A stretch of DNA of 64,000 nucleotides from Minisyncoccota bacterium. Its GTDB lineage: Bacteria; Patescibacteriota; Minisyncoccia; Phycocordibacterales; UBA918. Each line of letters opens with the position of its first letter. The first letter of the stretch is position 1. Positions 56,743 through 64,000 of this stretch are shown here, one piece after another. Made by a program: the position numbers and the translations under genes. The stretch spans positions 5,583 through 69,582 of the forward strand of contig CALJTT010000004.1 in the NCBI GenBank assembly GCA_937975855.1, in the 5' to 3' direction. Under the pieces are notes generated by a model. It made no database searches. It was not told the origin of the DNA and saw nothing but the letters and a program-made list of their open reading frames with translations.

Positions 56743-57690
56743 CTACGGATGCAACTGTTCATGCACTCTGCGCACTGCTGCCAGGCCGTGGCACGGACTG
56801 GTTGACGCGATAACTTCTTGCGCACTACTTACCTCCCTTTCAATAGCAATTCGCCTCGCTTCTGCGTCTTCGTGATGTTTGTACATACGGTCAACAAAAA
56901 TTTGCCTCTCTTCACTTATTTGAGCCATTTTTGTTGGTTGGTCAAACATCCACGGGAACACTCCACATCCGTGAAAACTTTTACTTGAAGAGGAAGTTCG
57001 TTGGCCGAGCAATCTAACCTGTAGACCTTTAGATAGAAAGCCCAGGTCTTGTTCAGACAAGTCTGTTGATACGATTTGCCATTGTGCTCCATCAATGTCA
57101 GTAAATTGTATACGGATTGGCGATGTGCTCGCGACACGCACTTGCCTTCCTATGAGACGTCCCTCGTTCGGGTTTTGCCACATCTTGCGTTCCATAGCTG
57201 CCTGCGATGCATACATTGGCGCCACTTGGCCTAACCAGTTGTCCAAAGTCCAGCCAAATCCACCCACATGAAATAGTCCACCCAGGACCAGGCTGAATAC
57301 AAAACTGGACCCGGCCAGAACCGATACAGACTGACGATAGCCGCGCCTGGTGTTGCGCAACTGCCAAACAGCTAGCAACAGCATCCCACCAAAGACCACG
57401 AACCACACGTATGGCAAGGCTTCTAATATAAAAGTGTAGAAATTTTCGTGTGTTGCTTCATAAATATCATAATACCGGTGTGTCGACACAAAGGTCACAA
57501 CCGCAACCGCCAGTCCTCCGAACAAGACCGACAAAGCCCACAATCCCCAAACCAGCCAGTTTAGACACAGGAAATAGTATTTTGAGCGAGGCTGCACATT
57601 AGACTCATCCAGCGCAGCAAAGACGCGATCCTTGACCGAATCTTCAAAATGTTCTGATTGTTGATCTTGTTGTGTCATATCTGGTTTCAT
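56743..57690 (-). CDS. Multi-TM membrane protein, probable anti-sigma factor
   Basis: Starts 2 nt after the ECF sigma stop. Short cytoplasmic N-terminus, three TMs and an extracellular domain. Confidence 0.6.
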   Translation of the reverse strand: MKPDMTQQDQQSEHFEDSVKDRVFAALDESNVQPRSKYYFLCLNWLVWGLWALSVLFGGLAVAVVTFVSTHRYYDIYEATHENFYTFILEALPYVWFVVFGGMLLLAVWQLRNTRRGYRQSVSVLAGSSFVFSLVLGGLFHVGGFGWTLDNWLGQVAPMYASQAAMERKMWQNPNEGRLIGRQVRVASTSPIRIQFTDIDGAQWQIVSTDLSEQDLGFLSKGLQVRLLGQRTSSSSKSFHGCGVFPWMFDQPTKMAQISEERQIFVDRMYKHHEDAEARRIAIEREVSSAQEVIASTSPCHGLAAVRRVHEQLHP

Positions 57691-57692
57691 AA

Positions 57693-58274
57693 CTATGTAC
57701 GTATTTCGTCACTATTTATGGCACTTGCTAATTGTTTCTTGCCTCGGTGGATGAGTGTACCGACCGAGCCGATGGGAATTTTTAAAATATCGGATATTTC
57801 TTCGTACTCTTTGTGCTCAAAAAATCGCAACAAAAGAACCTCGCAATATTTCTTATCAAGCGACAACAATGCTGTATTCACAACACCAGCATTTAGCTGT
57901 TCGTCAAACTGCACATCGGCCCCCTCGGTCGAAGACGCCAAAAACCCAATGATTTCCTCACTATCGCCGACCAAGTGACCTTCGGGCCGAACGTTCTTTT
58001 TGCGGTACCAGCTAATGGCTTCGTTGTGGGCAATCCGATAAATCCACGACGAAAACTTTAACTTTGGGTCAAAGCCGTTGAGATTTCGGTAGACCTTGAG
58101 GAAAACTTCTTGCAGCACGTCCAGCTGGTCATCAGGATTGTGAACACCTAGTCGGGCGATGTACCGACCGAGTTTTGCTTCATAGCGCTCCATCAACAAG
58201 CCGAATCTTTCTTTGTCGATCAGGGTTTGCCTAACGAGTTCCTCGTCTGTTACTTGTGGTGCATCGTCAATCAC
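57693..58274 (-). CDS. ECF RNA polymerase sigma-70 factor (SigW/RpoE-like)
   Basis: TDEELV, DVLQEVFLKVY, FSSWIYRIAHN, YEEISDIL.IP.GSV.T.IHR. Confidence 0.93.
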   Translation of the reverse strand: MIDDAPQVTDEELVRQTLIDKERFGLLMERYEAKLGRYIARLGVHNPDDQLDVLQEVFLKVYRNLNGFDPKLKFSSWIYRIAHNEAISWYRKKNVRPEGHLVGDSEEIIGFLASSTEGADVQFDEQLNAGVVNTALLSLDKKYCEVLLLRFFEHKEYEEISDILKIPIGSVGTLIHRGKKQLASAINSDEIRT

Positions 58275-58288
58275 CCTACAATAGTGCC

Positions 58289-59029
58289 ATGACTAACAAC
58301 GTAGATGCAACCAACAACTCTGAATTCCCCATGCGCTTAAATAAATTCTTAGCGCATAGCAAAGTAGCCTCCAGACGTGAAGCAGACGAACTGATCGCCA
58401 AGGGCAAAGTTCTCGTCAACGATGTCAAAGCCACCATGGGCCAAAAGGTGGAAGAGACTGACGAAGTGCGAGTGCTCGGCAAGACCAAACCAAAATCGTA
58501 CTATGCGTATTACAAAGGACGCGGTGTGATTACTCACTCGCCGGCTGAAGGCGAGGTTGATATTGCAACTCGTCTAGCCAAAGACTACGGACTGACGCAC
58601 GTAGCGCCGGTGGGGCGACTGGACAAAGACTCGGAAGGGCTGATCATACTCAGCAACGACGGCCGCATCACTGGACCGCTACTAGACCCTGAACACGACC
58701 ACGAAAAAGAATACGAGGTGCTGGTAGACAAAACCATCAACAACATGTTCATCCGCGCCATGGGCACTGGCGTTGATATCGAAGGTTATCGCACCAAGCA
58801 AGCAGTAGTAGAAAAAAATCCCAAGAACGATCGGCGATTCAGCATCATTCTGACCGAGGGCAAAAAACACCAAATTCGGCGCATGTGTGCGGCTCTTGGG
58901 TATCAGATACAATCCCTCAAGCGAGTACGGATAATGAACGTAGAACTCGGGTCACTAAAGCCCAACCAGTACCGCAAGGTCGTCGGGCAGGAATTACACT
59001 CTTTGCTAAAGAAACTGGAAGTAGATTAA
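58289..59029 (+). CDS. rRNA pseudouridine synthase, RsuA/RluB/RluF family
   Basis: S4 domain MRLNKFLA...SRREAD, GRLDKDSEGL, and EGKKHQIRRM. Confidence 0.93.
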   Translation: MTNNVDATNNSEFPMRLNKFLAHSKVASRREADELIAKGKVLVNDVKATMGQKVEETDEVRVLGKTKPKSYYAYYKGRGVITHSPAEGEVDIATRLAKDYGLTHVAPVGRLDKDSEGLIILSNDGRITGPLLDPEHDHEKEYEVLVDKTINNMFIRAMGTGVDIEGYRTKQAVVEKNPKNDRRFSIILTEGKKHQIRRMCAALGYQIQSLKRVRIMNVELGSLKPNQYRKVVGQELHSLLKKLEVD

Positions 59030-59049
59030 AACCTGTGCTGCTAGTGGTA

Positions 59050-59838
59050 CTAGACTCCGGACTGCAGTTGCAGAATTCGCTGTTTTAACAATAGTATTTG
59101 CAATTGCAAACGCAGCTGAGCTATTTGTTGCATAAGCACATCACGATCGACAGTAGGCACCTCTTCTTCAGGTTCGTAGTCCATAAGTTTTTCAATCGCG
59201 CGCGGTAGATCTATATCTTCATCTACAGCCTGTTTGAATACCTCTGGGAACGCATTCAGTAGCAGCTGCGCGTATTCAGCATCATCTCTTCGATCGCGAA
59301 AGATGTCGTCTAGGAAATCCATCTTGTCTTCCAGACTGAACTCTTTGGTCATGCGTGGATAGGGATCATTTGCAACGTCATGCTTGTCTATGGTTTCAAA
59401 ATGCAAATGGTACGAGCCGGGCGCAGCGTTTCCAGTGTCGCCGACTGTGCCGATATAATCGCCGACGTCCAGACGATCGCCGACCTCAATATCGGCCCAT
59501 TCGTCTAGATGAAGATATGCGAACGTCTCACCGCCCGGGTTCGCTGTGTAAACATGTTTACCTGCACTTTCCCACGTGCCAACCCGAGTAACGATGGCTT
59601 TGGTTGGGCTGACAACCGGTGTACCTTTGGGTACCAAAAAGTCTTGCCCTTCGTGAAGACGAGTTCCCCCTCCGCGCGGGTCGCCAAAGTCTGACCGTAC
59701 GTTACTGATATCAACTCCAAACAAAACTGGCACAGCAAATTCTTCTACAATGTCGTCTCCAAGGTTCTCTTTGTCGTTATGGCTAGCAGAGACAAAGACA
59801 GGTGAGAGTAAAAGCAATAGACACGGTAAATATTTCAT
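59050..59838 (-). CDS. M23 family metallopeptidase
   Basis: HEGQD, YLHL and GDTGNA...HLHF, with a signal peptide. Start is ATG 59838 or 59847. Confidence 0.88.
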   Translation of the reverse strand: MKYLPCLLLLLSPVFVSASHNDKENLGDDIVEEFAVPVLFGVDISNVRSDFGDPRGGGTRLHEGQDFLVPKGTPVVSPTKAIVTRVGTWESAGKHVYTANPGGETFAYLHLDEWADIEVGDRLDVGDYIGTVGDTGNAAPGSYHLHFETIDKHDVANDPYPRMTKEFSLEDKMDFLDDIFRDRRDDAEYAQLLLNAFPEVFKQAVDEDIDLPRAIEKLMDYEPEEEVPTVDRDVLMQQIAQLRLQLQILLLKQRILQLQSGV

Positions 59839-59856
59839 ACCTAACATTATACAAAG

Positions 59857-60996
59857 CTATTCAACCAAGTCGAAAGGTAGTTTGGGATATGTCTGGCCGT
59901 TGATCTGCAGTTCGATCTCGTGTTTGCCTTGGTGCAACGCTCTGGTCGTCATCGGTCGCAATGGTTGGCGTTTATTGAAACTCAAAGTTTCACCAGGTTG
60001 AATGACGGTCTTAGTAATCTTGAAAGTCTTTGGCGCGCGTTTGCCATTGGCTTTATTAAAATACAGGTGATAGTCGACCAGCAGATTTTGTTTAACAGAC
60101 GCCGTCGACGTAATCTCGAACGAGAACTCTAACGCCTGGCCGACCCGAACAGTTTTATTAGCGATAACAAACTTTGCGAGCTTAACTTCCCCGCTGGCGT
60201 AACCAAGCAATTTTAGAGCACCAGCATGACCTTGCTTCTCCAGTGTGCGCAGGCTGTGTTTAGTGATGAAGTCTAATTCTTTAGCAGTTTGCTTCTTTTC
60301 CTTCTGCCAACGCTCAAGAGTCTTCACCACAATATCTGGATCGACTTTCGAAATATCGTTCATATGGTTCGCCACCGACCGAGTAACATAACGTGTCGAA
60401 TCAGCATGTAGCAAGTCGAGGAACGGCAACGGGTCTCGATAATCAATAATGACGTTCTTGGCCCAAGGCAAGCTCGGCCTGGTTCCCTCACTGACAAGCC
60501 GTCTAACGTGATAGTTATTGTCCGTTGCCCACTTGCTCAGCTCGGCCATTGTTCCTTTAGGAAAAGCATTCAGGAAAGACCGAATCGGAAATTCAACCGA
60601 GAATCGCTTCGTCATTTCTTTTAACGCAGCCAACGAGAAAGATAGATCTTTCTTTGTGCAACCATACTCAGCCACAAACGCCCCGTACGGACCATAAATA
60701 AAATCCCCAAAGTCATCGTCAGACAAAGTTGGGTCTGCGGGTGGCGGTAAAGATTCCAGCAGAATCTTTGCCGCCACCCGATATTCCTCAGGCAAAAACT
60801 CCCGCAAACAATCACGGATCCACAGCAGTCGGTCCATTAGTTCCAATTCAGGAAACTTGCCGACAACTTTGTTAACAAATTTTGTCTTATGAAACTCTGG
60901 ATAAACAGCTTCTATCTCAGCCGCAACAACAGACACCTTCTGTTTGTTGAACAAAGAGTCTTTCAGCGAAAACGTTGGTTCGGCTTTCACCGCCAT
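59857..60996 (-). CDS. DNA alkylation repair protein (AlkC/AlkD HEAT-like family)
   Basis: MTKRFSVEFPIR, HVRRLVSEGTRP.LPW and YVTRSVANHMNDISK, with a C-terminal Ig-like domain. Confidence 0.88.
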   Translation of the reverse strand: MAVKAEPTFSLKDSLFNKQKVSVVAAEIEAVYPEFHKTKFVNKVVGKFPELELMDRLLWIRDCLREFLPEEYRVAAKILLESLPPPADPTLSDDDFGDFIYGPYGAFVAEYGCTKKDLSFSLAALKEMTKRFSVEFPIRSFLNAFPKGTMAELSKWATDNNYHVRRLVSEGTRPSLPWAKNVIIDYRDPLPFLDLLHADSTRYVTRSVANHMNDISKVDPDIVVKTLERWQKEKKQTAKELDFITKHSLRTLEKQGHAGALKLLGYASGEVKLAKFVIANKTVRVGQALEFSFEITSTASVKQNLLVDYHLYFNKANGKRAPKTFKITKTVIQPGETLSFNKRQPLRPMTTRALHQGKHEIELQINGQTYPKLPFDLVE

Positions 60997-60999
60997 ACG

Positions 61000-61386
61000 C
61001 TATGCCGCTGACCAGTCTTTCTCAAAGTTCTCCATCCAAGCCTTCTTTTCTTCGTCGGAGGCATTTGGAATAACGTCTGGGTGCACTTCCATATAATGGG
61101 CGTACACCTCACCTAGCAACGTGTTGCGACCACCGCTAGTAAACGACACCTCGCACCCGTCGACATAACAAGTAATGGTCTTTTCCGGCAATTCTGGAGC
61201 GTCGTTAAAAGCCTTATTAAAGTCCTCCATCCAGGCCTGGTGCTTTTCTGGCGTGGCAGATTGCATCACATCAGCATGTACTTCTTTGTAGTGCGGCATC
61301 ATCGCCTGCATAACATCCGCTACAACATTTCCTTCGTACATAGTGTCGACGCTCGCGTCGCAATCTGGGCATTTCAATTGTTTCAT
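61000..61386 (-). CDS. Small protein with two tandem C2H2-type metal-binding repeats (DUF1059-like)
   Basis: CPDC...HYKEVH...AWMEDF and CYVDGC...HYMEVH...AWMENF. ATG 61386 follows TACACT. Confidence 0.7.
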   Translation of the reverse strand: MKQLKCPDCDASVDTMYEGNVVADVMQAMMPHYKEVHADVMQSATPEKHQAWMEDFNKAFNDAPELPEKTITCYVDGCEVSFTSGGRNTLLGEVYAHYMEVHPDVIPNASDEEKKAWMENFEKDWSAA

Positions 61387-61487
61387 ATATTTACAGTGTA
61401 GCAGACCACTTGCGTTTTTACAGAGAAGCCGTAAAGTTGAATGTATACGAGTCCTTTTCTGTTCATCTTTTTTGCTAGGAGGCAACC

Positions 61488-62180
61488 GTGGCAGGACCAA
61501 TTCCTCACACTTCTCTTTCGAACGTAACCTCATCTGGCAGTGCTACAACTGCAAATTTCCTCAATACCCTGCGTGACAAAAAAACGACACACGCAAGATA
61601 TCGAAGAGCTATGGAGATCCTTGGAGAAAAACTGATCTACGAAATGTTGGATCGAACTCAAACGCACGAAATACAGATCGACACAGCCGTCGCAGAAGCC
61701 GTCAAAGTATCTGTACTGAAGTTCAAAACAGTTGCGATGGTCAGGGTTCTTGGAGCAGGTGAAGGGTTTGCTGCTGGCATATCAAAGATTTTTGAACTCT
61801 TCTTTGAAGTCGAAGATTTGCTACTTGCTATGCATCGTGACGAGACCAACCCTGAGAACCCAACTCCAGTTACCGATTACGAACGAAAGTTGGCAAACTC
61901 CGCGGAAATGGATTTCACTGTACTCTGCGAGCCAATGATTGCGACTGGCCTTAGCTGCATCGAAGCCGTCACTAAACTGAAGAAAGAGGGTGCCAAAAAC
62001 ATCCATATCGTCAGTGTTATCGCCTCAGAAGAAGGTCTTGCGGAGCTATGTGAGGCACATCCCGACGTTGTTATCCATGCGGCGGCAATTGACAAAGAAT
62101 TGAACCTGTATAAATACATTATCCCAGGACTGGGCGATGCGGGTGACAATTTCCTAAACCGTCGCAAGATTGCCGCCTGA
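61488..62180 (+). CDS. upp: Uracil phosphoribosyltransferase (divergent)
   Basis: LRDKKT...R, EPMIATG and AAIDKELN..YIIPGLGDAGD. The start is uncertain. Confidence 0.8.
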   Translation: MAGPIPHTSLSNVTSSGSATTANFLNTLRDKKTTHARYRRAMEILGEKLIYEMLDRTQTHEIQIDTAVAEAVKVSVLKFKTVAMVRVLGAGEGFAAGISKIFELFFEVEDLLLAMHRDETNPENPTPVTDYERKLANSAEMDFTVLCEPMIATGLSCIEAVTKLKKEGAKNIHIVSVIASEEGLAELCEAHPDVVIHAAAIDKELNLYKYIIPGLGDAGDNFLNRRKIAA

Positions 62181-62203
62181 CAAACTAAATCCGAACACAT
62201 GAA

Positions 62204-62290
62204 AAGGGTGCCTCTCGGGGCGCCCTTAACCTTTTTTATATTTAAAACGAAACAAGGGCCGGAACAATTATTGCTCCGGCCCTTTTATTT
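62204..62290. terminator. Two hairpins between convergent genes
   Basis: AAGGGTGCC..GGCGCCCTT (62204-62227) and AAGGGCCGGA..TCCGGCCCTT (62254-62284), both with T tracts. Confidence 0.7.
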
Positions 62291-62308
62291 TGCACATTAC
62301 GAAACTTT

Positions 62309-62590
62309 TTAGGAAAGAGCTGCCTGCAGAAAAATCGCTTTGACTGCAATTCCGATCATCCAAGTGCAAATAAACGTGGGTATGGAGAACAGCACAACTA
62401 TCCTGAAGGCTGCGTTCTCCTGCACGACATTTCTTTCCGGCGCTCTAGAACCCGGCCTTTGTTTAGTTTTAGAGATCAGGTTTCTCAGTTTTAGGATAAA
62501 CGGCACCCCAAAACCAATAACTCCGGTCAGCCAAATAAACCAATAGTTGATCGAAAGATCAATGAAGAACTCAAACATCGCCTCGAACAT
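62309..62590 (-). CDS. Small hypothetical two-TM membrane protein
   Basis: ATG 62590, two hydrophobic segments, and flanking terminators. Confidence 0.55.
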   Translation of the reverse strand: MFEAMFEFFIDLSINYWFIWLTGVIGFGVPFILKLRNLISKTKQRPGSRAPERNVVQENAAFRIVVLFSIPTFICTWMIGIAVKAIFLQAALS

Positions 62591-62726
62591 TGTGATTCCT
62601 TTCAATTGTTCAAGTTTCTTATAACACAAAAATACAATAAATCAATAACCCTCTGACGCACTGAGATTGTCGGCTATGAGCGAATTCTATATTTTATGCA
62701 GGTGTGGCTTAGGAAGTCGCAAAATT

Positions 62727-62759
62727 ATAAAAGCCGAGATATTGAATCTCGGCTTTTAT
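62727..62759 (-). terminator. Terminator after typA
   Basis: ATAAAAGCCGAGAT/ATCTCGGCTTTTAT perfect 14-bp stem. Confidence 0.75.
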
Positions 62760-62761
62760 CG

Positions 62762-64000
62762 TTACCCCTTCTTCCTCTCTCCTTCCTTCAACTTTTGCTT
62801 CCGTAAACGAATACTTTGTGGGCAGACTTCTAGGTACTCGTCGATTAGCATGATTTCTAGTCCAAGTTCGATTGTCAGTGCCTTGTGTGGGACGAGGTTG
62901 ATTGCGTCGTCTGTTCCAGACGATCGGACGTTGGTCAGGTTCTTTCCCTTAGTTGGGTTCACAACCATCTCTTCACCCTTGCTTGTGTTTCCGATGACCA
63001 TTCCTTCGTAGACTTCCTCAGATGCGCCGATGTATAGCTCGCCACGGTCCTGTAGACCAAACAGAGAGAAGCCAAGAGCCTTGCCCGTAACCATTGACGT
63101 CATTGACGCTGTCTTTCGTTTCTTGATCTCGCCTGCGTATGGACGGAACTCTAGGAAGCGTGACGCTAGGATACCTTCACCCTTGGTATCAACCACGAAC
63201 TGGTTCTTGTAGCCCAAGAGTCCTCGTGTCGGACCTTCGAACAATAGTCGAACTTGGTTCTCGTGTGGGATCATGTTTTGCATGATGAAGCCACGGTTTG
63301 ATAGACGCTCGATTACCGCACCTTGGAATTCTGCTGGCACGTCGATGGTTGCCTCTTCAAACGGCTCTGACTTTACTCCGTCGATTTCTTTAACAATTAC
63401 TTCTGGCTGAGAGACAGAAAGTTCGTATCCTTCACGACGCATGTTTTCAAGCAGTACAGCGATGTGCATTTCTCCACGGCCCTTTACGTCAAACGTGTCG
63501 CCATTGCTTTCAACCTGCAGACCAACGTTGATCTCTAGCTCTTTCTGCAGTCGGTCGCCGATCTGTCGTGATGTGACGTACTTCCCTTCACGCCCGGCAA
63601 ACGGACTCGAGTTCACCAGAAACTTCATTGCCACAGTTGGCTCGTCTACCGCAATCGCTGGCAATAGCTCTGCGTCTTCTGACGTCGTCAGCGTTTCTCC
63701 AATATTAATATCTTCTAGTCCGGCAATCAGAACAATGTCGCCTGCAAAGGCTTCGTCCAGCTCGATCTGTGCAACTCCCTTGTAGCCAGACATTTTTACA
63801 ACCTTGCCCTTCTTAGTTTCTTCGCCTTCGGCTCGGATCAATAGTTGCTGACCCTTGCTCATTTTTCCGTTGTAAATTCGCGCAACTGCTAGACGTCCGA
63901 GGAAGTTGTCGTAACCTAGGTTAAACACCTGAGCCCGCAGCTCCTCACCTTCAACATAACCATGTGCTGCTGGTACGTGTTCAAGAATAGTGTCGAGGAC
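62762..64000 (-). CDS. typA: Translational GTPase TypA/BipA (partial, 5' end outside window)
   Basis: SPFAGREGKYVTSR, GRGEMHIAVLLENMRREGYE, VYEGMVIG and KNLTNVRSSGTDDAI. Confidence 0.95.
   Translation of the reverse strand, partial: VLDTILEHVPAAHGYVEGEELRAQVFNLGYDNFLGRLAVARIYNGKMSKGQQLLIRAEGEETKKGKVVKMSGYKGVAQIELDEAFAGDIVLIAGLEDINIGETLTTSEDAELLPAIAVDEPTVAMKFLVNSSPFAGREGKYVTSRQIGDRLQKELEINVGLQVESNGDTFDVKGRGEMHIAVLLENMRREGYELSVSQPEVIVKEIDGVKSEPFEEATIDVPAEFQGAVIERLSNRGFIMQNMIPHENQVRLLFEGPTRGLLGYKNQFVVDTKGEGILASRFLEFRPYAGEIKKRKTASMTSMVTGKALGFSLFGLQDRGELYIGASEEVYEGMVIGNTSKGEEMVVNPTKGKNLTNVRSSGTDDAINLVPHKALTIELGLEIMLIDEYLEVCPQSIRLRKQKLKEGERKKG

Noticed and set aside
62630-62726. Intergenic region as a possible tRNA or sRNA
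   Set aside because: I could not identify a cloverleaf, T-loop or convincing stable structure.

Overview
64-kb window from a gene-dense bacterial chromosome using code 11. The gene content and style point to Patescibacteria/CPR, probably Parcubacteria: leaderless promoters, CAP/cohesin/dockerin/DUF2341 surface proteins and ATST-rich peptides. This taxonomy is inferred. Positions 1-42 kb form one co-oriented (minus-strand) cell-surface locus. It contains a 5516-aa giant protein co-transcribed with an FN3-repeat protein and a MacB-type ABC transporter, three membrane-anchored cohesin proteins, one cohesin-dockerin protein, two further dockerin proteins, two DUF916/PapD-like membrane proteins and two paralogous WxL/pilin-like subunits. 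It also has a 633-aa protein sharing the giant's C-terminal module, an Hsp20, and a second large repeat protein running off the left end. My best candidate for an undescribed system is this locus, read as a chaperone-assembled, cohesin-dockerin-tethered fibre/adhesin apparatus. Its giant adhesin carries a single-chain triplicated phage tail-collar/HxH module, and its promoters share a DnaA-box-like 9-mer exactly 26 nt upstream of the -10 box. The right part holds umuDC, a CAP protein, an apparently inactive GH26, a GT2 synthase with a 2010-aa PQQ-type sugar dehydrogenase/CBM protein, a class F sortase and its substrate, an ECF sigma/anti-sigma pair, a pseudouridine synthase, an M23 peptidase, an AlkC/D-like protein, upp and partial typA. 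I saw no rRNA, tRNA, CRISPR array or IS. All domain calls come from motif recognition by eye, not database searches.
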